A stretch of 32,000 nt of DNA, from positions 150,001 through 182,000 of the forward strand of contig JASBSB010000006.1 in NCBI GenBank assembly GCA_030149205.1. Reading direction: 5' to 3'. The DNA is from Candidatus Heimdallarchaeota archaeon. GTDB lineage: Archaea > Asgardarchaeota > Heimdallarchaeia > Heimdallarchaeales > Kariarchaeaceae. Below are positions 1 to 10,658 of this stretch, piece by piece. Below the pieces are notes generated by a model. The model did not search any database. It was not told where the DNA came from and was given only the letters and a program-made list of their open reading frames with translations. Within the stretch, counting starts at the first letter, position 1; the number at the start of each line of letters is the position of its first letter. The translations under genes and the position numbers were made by a program.

Positions 1-91
1 ATTCCCTTTCAAGGAGGTGGACACAATATCTTAATTCTTGTCACTTTAAGAAGAATAAAGATATAATCTAAGAAAATAAAGTACCAACAAG

Positions 92-757
92 ATGGCAGAA
101 TATTTTACCTCATCCAAAAAAACTTTGTTTGATTATTGGCAGGATAAATCTCGTTCATTACGGTTTCTAGATGGAGGTACAAGAGAAGAAGCTTACAGCT
201 ATTTTTGTCTAAACTGTCACCCAAAATTTCCTTGGCTTGATATTGGGTCTGGAACTGGATATGTGATTAAAAAGTGTTTGGGAAATATCTTGGGACAGTT
301 GATTATCGCGGTCGATATATCATTTGAGATGTTAATTCGATATCAAGTTCCAGAAGTTAACAAAATTATTGCTTCAGGTGAATTCCTTCCTTTAAGAAAA
401 AAGTCTATTGCATTCACAAGTAGTTTCTTTTGTCTTAGTGATTATCCAAGACTTAGCTTGTTTTCGAATTCTATACAGCGAATATTAATTGACGTGGGAG
501 AAGTAATTTTATTTGATTACGCGGTGGGTGATGGTTATTGGGAACTCAGAAAGGCACACCATGACCCACAAAAATTAATAGGGAATATTAACCTAAGAAC
601 TGCAGAAGACATAAACAAAGAGTTTTCAGATTTGAGCAGTTTACAAGAGAAATATATCACATCTACTGTGTCCACCAAGAATTTGATGAGAAAATTTGAC
701 TTTCTCCCTGAAACCCTTGATAGAAAATTTTTATTCATTCATCTCAAGCGGAGATAA
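92..757 (+). CDS. Class I SAM-dependent methyltransferase
   Basis: Motif I WLDIGSGTG, acidic motif II AVDISFEML, post-II ASGEFLPL. Substrate not identifiable. Confidence 0.8.
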   Translation: MAEYFTSSKKTLFDYWQDKSRSLRFLDGGTREEAYSYFCLNCHPKFPWLDIGSGTGYVIKKCLGNILGQLIIAVDISFEMLIRYQVPEVNKIIASGEFLPLRKKSIAFTSSFFCLSDYPRLSLFSNSIQRILIDVGEVILFDYAVGDGYWELRKAHHDPQKLIGNINLRTAEDINKEFSDLSSLQEKYITSTVSTKNLMRKFDFLPETLDRKFLFIHLKRR

Positions 758-1678
758 AAGATTGAAAATGTCTTCAGGAGAATCACAAATTAAGTAAGCT
801 ATTTGTTCTAGACCTAAGATAGGTTCTGAGTAAATTAATATGGGTTTTGAACTATCACCCAATAAATTAAACACCTTAGAAATTGCTTTTAAGCTCATTG
901 TATCAATATTGGCTTTAATTTCAGTGACAAGTCCCTTTAGACTAATTAATAGCATATTGGAAAATTTCAGAGTAATCGCTGCCCTTAAATGTTCAAAAAA
1001 CTGATGAACTGTCAATAGGAGTCTCGCAGTTCCTTCTGAAGCTCCAAACTCTGGGGAAGGAATGCGGGTTAAGTGTCCACGATACTTAGTAATTCTTCCT
1101 GGGAAGGCTGAAACATCTAGTTCTGATTGCATATCTGATGTTCCATAGATCATCTGTAACCCAATTTCAGGAACAATTGCTGGTAAAATTGATAACTGAT
1201 CCAATGAACGGATTATCTTTCCCAAGGATTGAATTATAGTGAACCTTTCTTCGGTTAGGAGCTGTATCTGATGTTCTGTGGTAATACAAGCTGTGCAAGG
1301 AGCTCCACCTGTGTTCAATCCAGATACAATTTTGGAATGTAGGACACATGTTGGACCACTGATGCGCAACTCTTTGCATTTCTCACAAACTTTTTGGATA
1401 GCCTTCTCGACAGAGTTTTTTTCTGATAAAATTAAAATTTCTGTGACCTCTTGGGCTACAAGTTTTGCACTTTGATCTATCATCTTAACTTCTTTGTTGT
1501 CTAAATCTAGTTTGATTTTTTGTTTTTTCCTAAGATATGAACTCACCAAAGCCTGAGAAACCCTAAGAATTGATGCAATTTCTGATTGGGTGTATCCAAG
1601 TTTTGAGAGATTTATCGCTGTTTTTTGTCTTACATTTGCAATGTAAGGTTCTGCGATTAGTTCACATGGCATTTTCAT
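731..1678 (-). CDS. thiR: ThiR-like transcriptional regulator (XRE-type HTH plus ThiN-like thiamine-phosphate-sensing domain)
   Basis: N-terminal HTH (GYTQSEIASILRVSQALVSSYL), Cys/His-rich linker (CEKC..C..H..CTAC), ThiN-like C-terminal domain (IVPEIG, DVSAFPGRI, PEFGASEGTARLLL). Divergent from thiBPQ. Confidence 0.75.
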   Translation of the reverse strand: MKMPCELIAEPYIANVRQKTAINLSKLGYTQSEIASILRVSQALVSSYLRKKQKIKLDLDNKEVKMIDQSAKLVAQEVTEILILSEKNSVEKAIQKVCEKCKELRISGPTCVLHSKIVSGLNTGGAPCTACITTEHQIQLLTEERFTIIQSLGKIIRSLDQLSILPAIVPEIGLQMIYGTSDMQSELDVSAFPGRITKYRGHLTRIPSPEFGASEGTARLLLTVHQFFEHLRAAITLKFSNMLLISLKGLVTEIKANIDTMSLKAISKVFNLLGDSSKPILIYSEPILGLEQIAYLICDSPEDIFNLLSPLEMNE

Positions 1679-1751
1679 AATTCTTTACAATATAAGTGGG
1701 TGATATAAGAGTATAATAACCTTCTTAATTTTGAACACAAAACCTCAATCA

Positions 1752-2945
1752 ATGAAGAATAAATTTCTCTTTTTGTTTATAACCTCCATCTTGTTTATGT
1801 CTGCTTCAACAAATGGATTAAATCTCCAACAAAATACTTCAAAACTAACCATTTATACCTATGACAGCCTCTTAGCTGATCCGGGGTATGATTTTGTGGG
1901 TAATTTCTCAGTACATGCAAATATACCTCGAAATGATATAAAATTGGTGAAATTTAGTGATGCTGGATCTATGTTAAGCCGTGTAATAGCAGAAAGGAAC
2001 AACCCTATTGCCGATGTTATCATAGGACTTGATAATGTGTTGATTCACAAAGCAAGACAATTTGATGTTTTACAACCATATCTCGCAAATGGGACGAATA
2101 AACTTAGAAGTTCTCTGGTGAATGAACTTGCACCAGATCATTTATTGACTCCATATGATTACGGAGTTTTTGCAATATGGTATGACACTGCGAGATACAA
2201 TGGAATTAGCGCAAACAACTTCACTCTAACGGACTTGATCAAAGCAGGAGTTTCAGATAAATTAATTATAGAAAATCCACTGATATCCTCTGTTGGTTCT
2301 GGATTTTTGCTTTGGGCAATATCAGAATTTGGTGATAACGCATTGAACTTTACAACTTCAACTAATTGGAGAACTTATTTTAGCCAATTACAGTCAAGAA
2401 ATGTAAGACTGGTTCCAAGTTGGGGAGATGCATTAAATCTGTTTTTCACCCCTGAAGAACATCGTCCAATGATGGTCTCATACACTACCAGTCCAGCATA
2501 TGGGGCATGTCTCTATGGAGGAGACACCACGAAGGCAGTTGTATCCAACCACAATGGAACAAAACAAGGTTGGTTCCAAATAGAAGGATTAGGAATTGCA
2601 AAAGGTGCAGCTCATCCTCAATTAGCAAAAACTTTTATTGATTGGTTCATCAGTCCAGAACTTCAAACTCAGATTTCTACAAACCAGTGGATGTATCCAG
2701 CGTTAAACAATATATCGCTTCCATCTTGTTTTACCAATTCTACCATCCCTGCAAGCTCAATTCAATCACTAAACAGTCGAATTCCAACCAAAGTGTTAAA
2801 CTCATCCTTAGAAGGATGGAAATCAGATTGGGAGAAAGCGTGGGCAACTTCTGGGGGTGCATTCCTTTATAGTAACCTTTTGCTCCCATTGGGTCTCACA
2901 CTTTTCGTAACTGTTATAATTTTAAGGAAGAGAAGGAAATATTGA
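1752..2945 (+). CDS. thiB: Thiamine ABC transporter substrate-binding protein
   Basis: LTIYTYDS, DVIIGLDN, PYDYG and SYTTSPAY motifs; N-terminal signal peptide; C-terminal TM anchor followed by RKRRKY. ATG at 1752 preferred over the TTG at 1731 in the ORF track. Confidence 0.85.
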   Translation: MKNKFLFLFITSILFMSASTNGLNLQQNTSKLTIYTYDSLLADPGYDFVGNFSVHANIPRNDIKLVKFSDAGSMLSRVIAERNNPIADVIIGLDNVLIHKARQFDVLQPYLANGTNKLRSSLVNELAPDHLLTPYDYGVFAIWYDTARYNGISANNFTLTDLIKAGVSDKLIIENPLISSVGSGFLLWAISEFGDNALNFTTSTNWRTYFSQLQSRNVRLVPSWGDALNLFFTPEEHRPMMVSYTTSPAYGACLYGGDTTKAVVSNHNGTKQGWFQIEGLGIAKGAAHPQLAKTFIDWFISPELQTQISTNQWMYPALNNISLPSCFTNSTIPASSIQSLNSRIPTKVLNSSLEGWKSDWEKAWATSGGAFLYSNLLLPLGLTLFVTVIILRKRRKY

Positions 2946-2952
2946 TTTTTTA

Positions 2953-4575
2953 ATGAAAGGTTCAAGTTGGTTCTTTTTAATTCCAATGATGCTATTTCTG
3001 GTATTATTCTACTGGTTACCACTTGGAAATATGCTAGCCTTCAGCTTATCACTACCATTGAACAAATGGGTTGAATTAACATTAGGGTCTCAGTTATTCA
3101 TACAGTTTTTTCAGTTTACATTTACACAGGCTATACTTTCCACACTGTTCAGTGCTGTGATAGGTACAACAACTGCCTACCTTATAGCAAACTGGAAATC
3201 CTACTTTATGAGGATATTATCACCTGCCCTGACTGTTCCATTTCTACTCCCACCAATTTCAATATTAATTGGATTTGTAATTATTTTTGAACCAGGAGGG
3301 GTAATTTCAGGGGCTTTTAACTTATTTGGGTTTAATTTTTCTATTTTTTCAAATCCTTGGGCTATAATTTTAGCCCATACACTCTACAATATCTCAGTCT
3401 ATGTAAAAATCATGTTAACTTATTTTAACACCGAACCAGAAGGAATGAATCTAATCCTTGAGTCTTTTGATGGAAGATGGAGTGATAGGTTAAGATACGT
3501 GCTTTTACCTCATATCAAAACGGGTTTTCTTTCTGCAACATTATTGGTTTTTCTTTACAGTTTCAACAGTTTTGCAATTGTGCTGTTATTAGGGGAGGTA
3601 AAATACCAGACCTTAGAAGTTATGATATACACTCAAACACGTGTAAGGTTTGATTTTGCTACTGGATCAATTATTGCGATGCTACAATTAGTATTCAACA
3701 TCCTTATTATTTGGCTATATCTTCAACTTGAGAACAGACAGAAGAACAAAATTTCTGGATCCTCCTTTCATATCACCTCCCCAAACAACCTAAAGCGAGT
3801 TTCTTCAACAATCTTTACAATTTTAATCACGTTATTTACTTGGACTCCAATCTTAGCTACCTTTTATCAATTCACTAGGCTGTTCGAGCAGGCAAACCCT
3901 GTTCTTAAAGAAAAACTAATTTCTGGATCCTATGAAAACCTTCTAGGTACCTCACCAATGCAAGTGCTCATAAACACATTATTTTTTGCAATTGCCTCTG
4001 CAACAGTCACTTTGTTATTTTCTGTCCTTTATATTTTATATTTACAGACTAATAAGCATCCAAGATTTCAAAAAATAATTAACCTTACCACGATTTTACC
4101 GATTGCGACCAGTGGGGTAACCTTGGGATTTGGCTTCATACTTTTTTATTCACCATACATTGATTTAAACTCATATGTTTGGGTTTTCATAATCTCCGCT
4201 CATCTGCTTGCTGAATTACCATTTGTGATAAGAATCATCGCGAGTTCTTGGGAGTATATTGATACAAAATTTATGATTGTCGCTCGTACCCTCGATGCAA
4301 GTAACTGGGAGATATTTAGATGGATATCATTTCCCATACTGCGTAAGTCATTTGCTGTTGGGTTTATTTTCGCTCTTGCTATATCGATTGGTGAATTTGG
4401 TTCCACTTATTATCTTGTCACCGGAAGATGGATGACAGTAGCGGCCGCAATTGGAAGGTTATTCTCCTCTCGAACCGCTTTGCTGCCAGTATTTTATGCA
4501 TCAATTCTTTCAATACTTGGATTTGTCCTCTTTTTTGTTGCTGAACAAACCACATCTATAGAGCTGAAGGTATAA
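2953..4575 (+). CDS. thiP: Thiamine ABC transporter permease (two fused permease domains)
   Basis: About 12 hydrophobic segments with a duplicated permease pattern (PFLLP..LAHTLYN; AHLLAELPF..ARTLDAS..ISIGEFG). Lies between thiB and the ATPase. Confidence 0.85.
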   Translation: MKGSSWFFLIPMMLFLVLFYWLPLGNMLAFSLSLPLNKWVELTLGSQLFIQFFQFTFTQAILSTLFSAVIGTTTAYLIANWKSYFMRILSPALTVPFLLPPISILIGFVIIFEPGGVISGAFNLFGFNFSIFSNPWAIILAHTLYNISVYVKIMLTYFNTEPEGMNLILESFDGRWSDRLRYVLLPHIKTGFLSATLLVFLYSFNSFAIVLLLGEVKYQTLEVMIYTQTRVRFDFATGSIIAMLQLVFNILIIWLYLQLENRQKNKISGSSFHITSPNNLKRVSSTIFTILITLFTWTPILATFYQFTRLFEQANPVLKEKLISGSYENLLGTSPMQVLINTLFFAIASATVTLLFSVLYILYLQTNKHPRFQKIINLTTILPIATSGVTLGFGFILFYSPYIDLNSYVWVFIISAHLLAELPFVIRIIASSWEYIDTKFMIVARTLDASNWEIFRWISFPILRKSFAVGFIFALAISIGEFGSTYYLVTGRWMTVAAAIGRLFSSRTALLPVFYASILSILGFVLFFVAEQTTSIELKV

Positions 4576-4578
4576 ACA

Positions 4579-5517
4579 ATGACACAAATAAAGCTAGAAA
4601 ATTTGACTATTCAATATGACGAATCACCTGTCATAAATAATTTAAACACACAATTCAAAGGAGGGACTTTTAACATCCTGCTCGGAAAATCTGGGGCCGG
4701 GAAAAGCACAATCCTTAAGGCGATACTGGGTATCGCTAAAGTTCACAGTGGCAAAATTCTATTTGATGGAGAGATTATGAATACAGTTCCAAGTGGCAAG
4801 CGAAATATTGGCTATGTACCCCAAGATCAGATTCTTTTTCCTAACTTAAGTGTCTGGGATAATATTGCTTTTGGGTTAAAAATTAAGAAAACACCTAAGG
4901 AACAGATACGTACAAGAGTCATGAATGTTGCAAAACTGCTCAATGCTGAGGATTTATTAGACAGAGACCCAGAAAATCTTTCTGGTGGTGAGAAACAACG
5001 TGTTGCCTTAGCAAGGGCACTCATCATCAATCCTAGTATACTTTTGCTTGATGAACCCTTAAGTTCTTTAGATACTGGTGAAAGAATGAGATTAGCACTA
5101 TCTCTAAAGAAAGTACAAAAGAAGTTACAATTAACGGTGATCTATGTAACTCATTCAGCAATTGAAGCAGAGCTCTTGGGTGACGAAATATTCGTGCTGG
5201 AGCATGGAGATATTCTTCAAAGTGGCGAATTTCAAGAGTTGAAAAAGAATCCTACGACATTTTCCTCAGCTGAACTTCTTGGCTTAAATAATATATTCAG
5301 GGAAGCTGAAATTCCAATTGAGCTAAGAAAAGTGACAGAAAAATTCAGAAGAGACAATTTTGTCTACATTCCACCTAGTGAGATTTATTTTAGTGACAAA
5401 GGGCATGAATTTGAAGCTATCAGTCAGACAAATGATTTTTCGTACATCCAAACTCACTCGATCTTTTTGGTTAGCAGGAATAAGAATGACAATCACAAGT
5501 TCTTCAATTTTAAATAG
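4579..5517 (+). CDS. thiQ: ABC transporter ATP-binding subunit of the thiamine importer
   Basis: Walker A GKSGAGKS, Q-loop YVPQD, signature LSGGEKQR, Walker B LLLDEP, H-loop YVTH. Operonic with thiBP. Confidence 0.85.
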   Translation: MTQIKLENLTIQYDESPVINNLNTQFKGGTFNILLGKSGAGKSTILKAILGIAKVHSGKILFDGEIMNTVPSGKRNIGYVPQDQILFPNLSVWDNIAFGLKIKKTPKEQIRTRVMNVAKLLNAEDLLDRDPENLSGGEKQRVALARALIINPSILLLDEPLSSLDTGERMRLALSLKKVQKKLQLTVIYVTHSAIEAELLGDEIFVLEHGDILQSGEFQELKKNPTTFSSAELLGLNNIFREAEIPIELRKVTEKFRRDNFVYIPPSEIYFSDKGHEFEAISQTNDFSYIQTHSIFLVSRNKNDNHKFFNFK

Positions 5518-5583
5518 CATTAGGAAAGGCAACCAATTCTTTGAAGAAAAGCTATTAAATGAGTTTTCTCACATATAACTTAG

Positions 5584-6120
5584 ATGTCTCGCAAGAGTAA
5601 GGTTCCTTTCACTTTCAAAATCCTACTTCTGGGTGACCCAGCAGTTGGAAAAACCTCCTTGATTAGAAGATTCATTCATGGAAAATTTACTAAAGATTAT
5701 CTTGTCACACTTGGGATGGAACCTTATTCCAGATATGAGACCATTGATGGCACAACAGTTGCTTTGAATCTTTGGGATATCGCAGGTCAGCAAAAATATG
5801 AGAGCTTCCGATCGGTTTTTCTCAAAGGGGCACAGGGAGCGATAGTGGTTGGAGATGTCACTCGAAGATCTACTTTTGTTAGTGTTGATCAATGGGTAAA
5901 TGATGCGAGAAAATTATCACCTAACATGACAGTCCTTCTTGTTGGGAATAAGAGTGATTTAAAGGACAACCGAGCATTTTTTAGACGTGAAGGAAACCAA
6001 AAAGCCCGTGAGACTGAAAATTGTTTGGGTTATATCGAAACCTCAGCGTTAACAGGCCACAGGGTGGTAGAGGCATTTCACACAATTGCTTCACATATAT
6101 TGGAACAACAGAGAAGTTAG
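5584..6120 (+). CDS. Rab-like small GTPase (Ras superfamily)
   Basis: G1 GDPAVGKT, G2 YLVTLG, G3 WDIAGQ, G4 NKSD, G5 ETSA. No C-terminal Cys prenylation motif. Confidence 0.93.
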   Translation: MSRKSKVPFTFKILLLGDPAVGKTSLIRRFIHGKFTKDYLVTLGMEPYSRYETIDGTTVALNLWDIAGQQKYESFRSVFLKGAQGAIVVGDVTRRSTFVSVDQWVNDARKLSPNMTVLLVGNKSDLKDNRAFFRREGNQKARETENCLGYIETSALTGHRVVEAFHTIASHILEQQRS

Positions 6121-6176
6121 AACATGTTACCTCTGTATTCTATTATTATATAAAGAATCAGTACAAATTAGTTTTT

Positions 6177-6575
6177 GTGTTTGATTTAGAGAAATTGCAA
6201 CAAGAGTTCAATCAGACAGCGAAAAATTTGTTTATCAATGAAGAAGAGAAAAGGGATAACATATCCAAGGATAAGATTATTAACCTTTATGAAAGATGTA
6301 GACAGCAGAAAAAACTGATCAAAACCGCATATTGGGCTTTAAATGACCAAAATTTATATGTAAAGCTCGCTGCATTGGATCTCATCCAAACCTACCCTAG
6401 TGAAGAATCAAAGGAATATCTATTTAAAGCCCTAGAAGATGAGGAAAACATAAACATTAGACAGAAAATTGTAGAATCAATAAACAAAATTGAATCAGAG
6501 ATAAAAAAGATGTATACTAAAGAAGATGGAAAAATAACTATATCTGGAGCAGTAAAATATCTTAATTATTCGTAA
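6177..6575 (+). CDS. Small HEAT-repeat (PBS lyase-like) protein
   Basis: [17 protein letters not shown] and [21 protein letters not shown] repeats. In-frame GTG at 6177 with an AT-rich TATA-like element near 6143-6152; the track start at 6021 overlaps the GTPase. Confidence 0.65.
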   Translation: MFDLEKLQQEFNQTAKNLFINEEEKRDNISKDKIINLYERCRQQKKLIKTAYWALNDQNLYVKLAALDLIQTYPSEESKEYLFKALEDEENINIRQKIVESINKIESEIKKMYTKEDGKITISGAVKYLNYS

Positions 6576-8631
6576 GATTTGATATTTCGAAATTTTGTTC
6601 TAAGTCTGACATTGTTCTTATTGGAAGTTTACAAACCATGTTTTCACAGATGTAAATTACCTCATCGTCAGTTTCTTCTCTAAAGGAAAGAATCTCCCAA
6701 TCCGGTGTTTCTAATGATGGGTAATATACCAATCTCATTGGAATATACTTGCTAAAAAGTTGTTTCGTTATGTTTCCTTGATTTAAAATTAAAATTTCTT
6801 TGTACTGGCCTTCGAAGTACTCTATAGCTTCAACAAATGTACTGGTTGCACTAGAATACACCTTGAGTAACGAAGACAGTTTATTTATAACTGTTTGCCC
6901 AATCTTGAGATAATCTTCATTTTCAAGATATCTACCAAGCTTGTAGAGCATTTGAACCAAGATACCTAATGCGGAGGGGATTGCTTCATCAGTTACTTGA
7001 ACAGAATCAACTCCAACTGACTTTCTGTCAGTAGGATTATTATGATAGAACACACCTTTTTGTTGATCATAAAATCTTTCTAGGACTATTTTCAGGAGTA
7101 ATTCCGATTTAGTAACATAGCTCCAATTACCTGTAATTTCATAAGCTATCACCAAAGATTTTATTAAATAGGAATAATCATCTAGAGACCCTTCAATAGT
7201 TCTTGAGTTTGAGTTATTGTGTACTCTCGACCGAACTATTATATTGTCTTCTAAATGTTTGTCAAATATTTCTTGTAATTCTTTGAGAGTTCTTGATAAC
7301 AGTTCTGAATCATTAAATGTAATGGCATAGGTTAACAAAGCCTCAATCATCAGTGCATTCCAGCTTGTTATAATTTTGTTATCTAGGTCGGGCCTGACTC
7401 GCTTTAAACGTTCACTCAAGAGCATTTCAGTTGCCTTCGCAAGTTTTGTGTTTTTATCCAAATGTGCAGAATAATTTTTGGTTTTTAAAGTATTAAGAAC
7501 ATTCAAACCGAGTTTTTCAGGGTGATGAGGGTCTCTGAAGTTTCCCTCAGAAGATATCCCAAAATGTGAAACAACTCCATCAAAAATCTCGGGATCCTCT
7601 TCATTTTCAAGAACTGATCGGATTTGCTCCAGTGTCCATACATAATACTTTCCCTCCTCTCCTTCACTTTCTGCGTTCAACGATGCAAAAAAACCTCCAG
7701 ATTCATGGTGGAGCTCATTGAACAACCAACTAATAGTCTGTTCTGAATATTTTTTGATGAAATCTCTCTTCGTAACTTGGTAAACCTCTGCGTAAATTTG
7801 TATGAGTAATGCGTTATCATATAACATTTTCTCAAAATGTGGAATCAACCAATGCTTATCCACGGAATACCTTGCCCATCCACCAGCTAATTGGTCATAA
7901 ATTCCTCCTCTCACTAATTGTTCCAGAGTAAAAACCACAAAATTTGTTAATTCAACACTTTTTTCCAATGAGTGCCTAAAAAGGAATTTTAAGTTTGACA
8001 CCTGAGGAAATTTAGGGGCAGAACCAAATCCACCGTCGTCAGAATCGATTTTTTCTGAGAGTGCAGCATAAGTTTCACCTATTAATGATTGAGGTTGATT
8101 TTCTTCTTGAGGTGTTTTTATTAGAGAATGTTGAAAAGAAATTAATCCAGACTTAATTTCACTCGCCTGTTGTCTGATTTTTAATTCATCAGTATTCCAC
8201 ATTTCCGAGATTTGTGTGATAACCTGCTTGAATGATGAAAGGCCATGAGAGGGTTCTTTTGGAAAATAAGTACCCAGGTAAAAAGGTTCCTTTTCAGCCG
8301 TCATCCAAACTGAGAGAGGCCACCCACCACCTCTTCTAAATACTAATTGATACAGCTCCTGATAAATTTTGTCTACTGCTGGATATTCTTCTCGGTCCAT
8401 TTTTATATTGACAAAATTTGCATTCATAAACTTGGCAATCTCTTCATCTTCAAAGCTTTCTCTCGCTAAAACATGACACCAATGACATGATGAATATCCA
8501 ATTGATAGAAATACGGGGACATTTCGCTCTGTTGCCTCAAGGAATGCCTCTTCTGAATATGGCCACCATTCAACAGGATTATCTTTGTGTTGTAATAAAT
8601 AAGGACTTGATTCATTTGCAAGTTTATTCAC
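6562..8631 (-). CDS. Thioredoxin domain-containing protein, YyaL/DUF255/SPATA20 family
   Basis: [72 protein letters not shown]-terminal CENMVCKLP. Confidence 0.92.
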   Translation of the reverse strand: MNKLANESSPYLLQHKDNPVEWWPYSEEAFLEATERNVPVFLSIGYSSCHWCHVLARESFEDEEIAKFMNANFVNIKMDREEYPAVDKIYQELYQLVFRRGGGWPLSVWMTAEKEPFYLGTYFPKEPSHGLSSFKQVITQISEMWNTDELKIRQQASEIKSGLISFQHSLIKTPQEENQPQSLIGETYAALSEKIDSDDGGFGSAPKFPQVSNLKFLFRHSLEKSVELTNFVVFTLEQLVRGGIYDQLAGGWARYSVDKHWLIPHFEKMLYDNALLIQIYAEVYQVTKRDFIKKYSEQTISWLFNELHHESGGFFASLNAESEGEEGKYYVWTLEQIRSVLENEEDPEIFDGVVSHFGISSEGNFRDPHHPEKLGLNVLNTLKTKNYSAHLDKNTKLAKATEMLLSERLKRVRPDLDNKIITSWNALMIEALLTYAITFNDSELLSRTLKELQEIFDKHLEDNIIVRSRVHNNSNSRTIEGSLDDYSYLIKSLVIAYEITGNWSYVTKSELLLKIVLERFYDQQKGVFYHNNPTDRKSVGVDSVQVTDEAIPSALGILVQMLYKLGRYLENEDYLKIGQTVINKLSSLLKVYSSATSTFVEAIEYFEGQYKEILILNQGNITKQLFSKYIPMRLVYYPSLETPDWEILSFREETDDEVIYICENMVCKLPIRTMSDLEQNFEISNLTNN

Positions 8632-8693
8632 AAAAGTTCTTTTTCCGGATCTAATTCAAGATTTGGATTAATTCAAGTTAAAATGCATGTAAA

Positions 8694-9443
8694 TTAGGGT
8701 CTGATTATCAGCCAGACTCCAGTAACAACAATAGTTATCACAACAAACTGAACTAACGTTTTTACAACTGGAGACATACCTTTTTTCTCTGGAGGAGGCA
8801 GCTCTTCCAAATCACTTAAGTCAGTAAGTCTTGGGTCACTCTCAATAATTTCTCTTTTCTCTTCTGCTGACATTTCAGAAACAGGCTTTGAGAAAACGTT
8901 CGCACTTCCATACGCAAATTTACCCTTTTTCCCTGCTACCCCACCTCCAGAAATGCTTGCTTCATTCAATTTGTAATCTCTTAGTCTATCGGGTTTTTCA
9001 ATGAAGAGTTTATAAATTACAAATGCGAAAAATATTCCCCAAAGTATCCATAGAAAACCCGGGTCAAAAAAGTTATTGGGGTCAGATCCTAACTTTATTT
9101 CTGCATTATCCGGAAAGCCATCGAAATCTGAATCCGGGTTATAAGGATTGGTCCCAGTACCCGTACCAATAACTCCAAGCCCTGGAGGGCTGACGGGTTG
9201 ACCAAAAGGTGTCATCTCCATTAAATCTGGAAGTTGATCGTTGTCTGAATCTGGTGCTGTATCTACCCAAGCTCTTGATGCAAGGCCTTTATTGATATTA
9301 CTTAGTTGAATCAATTTCAACCAACCTAAGACCATTGTAGACAGATAAAAAATTGAACCTATTAACAATAAAGTAAAGGAAACAACCAGAACATCTTCCT
9401 TTGCCCTTCTCCAAATTGCTCTCAAGGTATCTAATAAACCCAT
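8694..9443 (-). CDS. Membrane protein with DxDxDG-type putative Ca2+-binding repeats
   Basis: Three hydrophobic segments; the loop between the first two carries DSDNDQLPDLME and DSDFDGFPDNAEIKLGSDP. Confidence 0.6.
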   Translation of the reverse strand: MGLLDTLRAIWRRAKEDVLVVSFTLLLIGSIFYLSTMVLGWLKLIQLSNINKGLASRAWVDTAPDSDNDQLPDLMEMTPFGQPVSPPGLGVIGTGTGTNPYNPDSDFDGFPDNAEIKLGSDPNNFFDPGFLWILWGIFFAFVIYKLFIEKPDRLRDYKLNEASISGGGVAGKKGKFAYGSANVFSKPVSEMSAEEKREIIESDPRLTDLSDLEELPPPEKKGMSPVVKTLVQFVVITIVVTGVWLIIRP

Positions 9444-9519
9444 GACTGTTTGTTCTTTGGAATGCTTATATATGCATCGGTATTACGATGGGTTGCAATT
9501 TACTTTTCTTGTTATTATC

Positions 9520-10590
9520 TTAAAGGTAATCAAGAATTGATTTCTGGTCAAAGGTTTTGTTTCGGGAGTTTAGGTTGTAAAGATCAATTGGATCATCAGT
9601 ACAAGATTTAAGAGGTTTAGCCACGTATTGGAGGTATTGATTGACATAATCTGCGAACTTGTCGTCATAAGAATAATGTGTCAACAGATATGAGGGGTCG
9701 ATCTGTTTAACTGTTTGAATTAACTCACTAAAATTTGCGTGGGTTGATAAAGGAGCAGAAAATTCAAAAGATCTGAAGGGGAATCTTGAACTTTGACCAG
9801 TTACAATTGCTCTTGAGTGAGGTATCAACTGCATTTCCTTTGGAACCTGCTTCTCCCCTCTTGGAAGCAAAATGATTGGCTGATCTGTTGAGTTATTTGG
9901 ATCAAAACTTTCTAATGGGAGAAAATTTAAGTCGATACCTTCTGATTGATAGATAGCACTCACTGTTTGAATCTTCGGGTGAACATAAATTGGAGTATCA
10001 GAAAGATTGTTGATTAATTTGATGATTTCTTGTGCACCTCCCATATGTGCAACATTAATAATAGGTAAAAAATTCGAACTAAGCTTTTGAACAACCCATT
10101 GGATTAAACCCATTCGTATGTCTGATCTACTTTTAAATTCAAGACTGGGGTTTCCATAGGTTGTCTCAGTTATCAACACATCTATATCCTCATTTGGCAG
10201 TACTGATTTATTGACACAAAGGAGATCCTCTGGACAAAAATCACCAGAAAACAATATGGTCTGTCCCTTCCTTCGAATGATCACCTGTGCCGCACCTAAC
10301 AGGTGCCCAGCGGGAATTAATTCAATCTCAAACCCGTTAATTTCAAATGGATCATAAAATTCTACCAAATGATTGTTTCTTACTGATTTTTTATTTACAC
10401 TGGAAAATAGCCTTTCAGTTCCTACAGTACAGTATGCATCGTTTTGACTCTTCAAACCAGCACTATGATCACTATGAGAATGTGTTACCACAATTGAATG
10501 TTTGATCGGAACATGTGTGGTTTCGGAATCCACAAAAAGTTTATCATTTCCCTCTGTAATGATCAACCCCTTGTTGAATCTAATCTCCAT
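9520..10590 (-). CDS. MBL-fold beta-CASP-type nuclease
   Basis: THSHSDH, AGHLLGA, FSGDF, ETTYG, STHA motifs. Confidence 0.82.
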   Translation of the reverse strand: MEIRFNKGLIITEGNDKLFVDSETTHVPIKHSIVVTHSHSDHSAGLKSQNDAYCTVGTERLFSSVNKKSVRNNHLVEFYDPFEINGFEIELIPAGHLLGAAQVIIRRKGQTILFSGDFCPEDLLCVNKSVLPNEDIDVLITETTYGNPSLEFKSRSDIRMGLIQWVVQKLSSNFLPIINVAHMGGAQEIIKLINNLSDTPIYVHPKIQTVSAIYQSEGIDLNFLPLESFDPNNSTDQPIILLPRGEKQVPKEMQLIPHSRAIVTGQSSRFPFRSFEFSAPLSTHANFSELIQTVKQIDPSYLLTHYSYDDKFADYVNQYLQYVAKPLKSCTDDPIDLYNLNSRNKTFDQKSILDYL

Positions 10591-10658
10591 TCAGTTTATC
10601 TAAGACATTGGCTAATTAAGCCTTGTCAAAGAAAAAAGAACACAGTTATTCTTTATCA

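Noticed and set aside
92-757. Methyltransferase as an N-methyl-bacillithiol synthase (NmbA-like)
   Set aside because: It lies more than 15 kb from the nearest bsh gene and shows only generic class I motifs.
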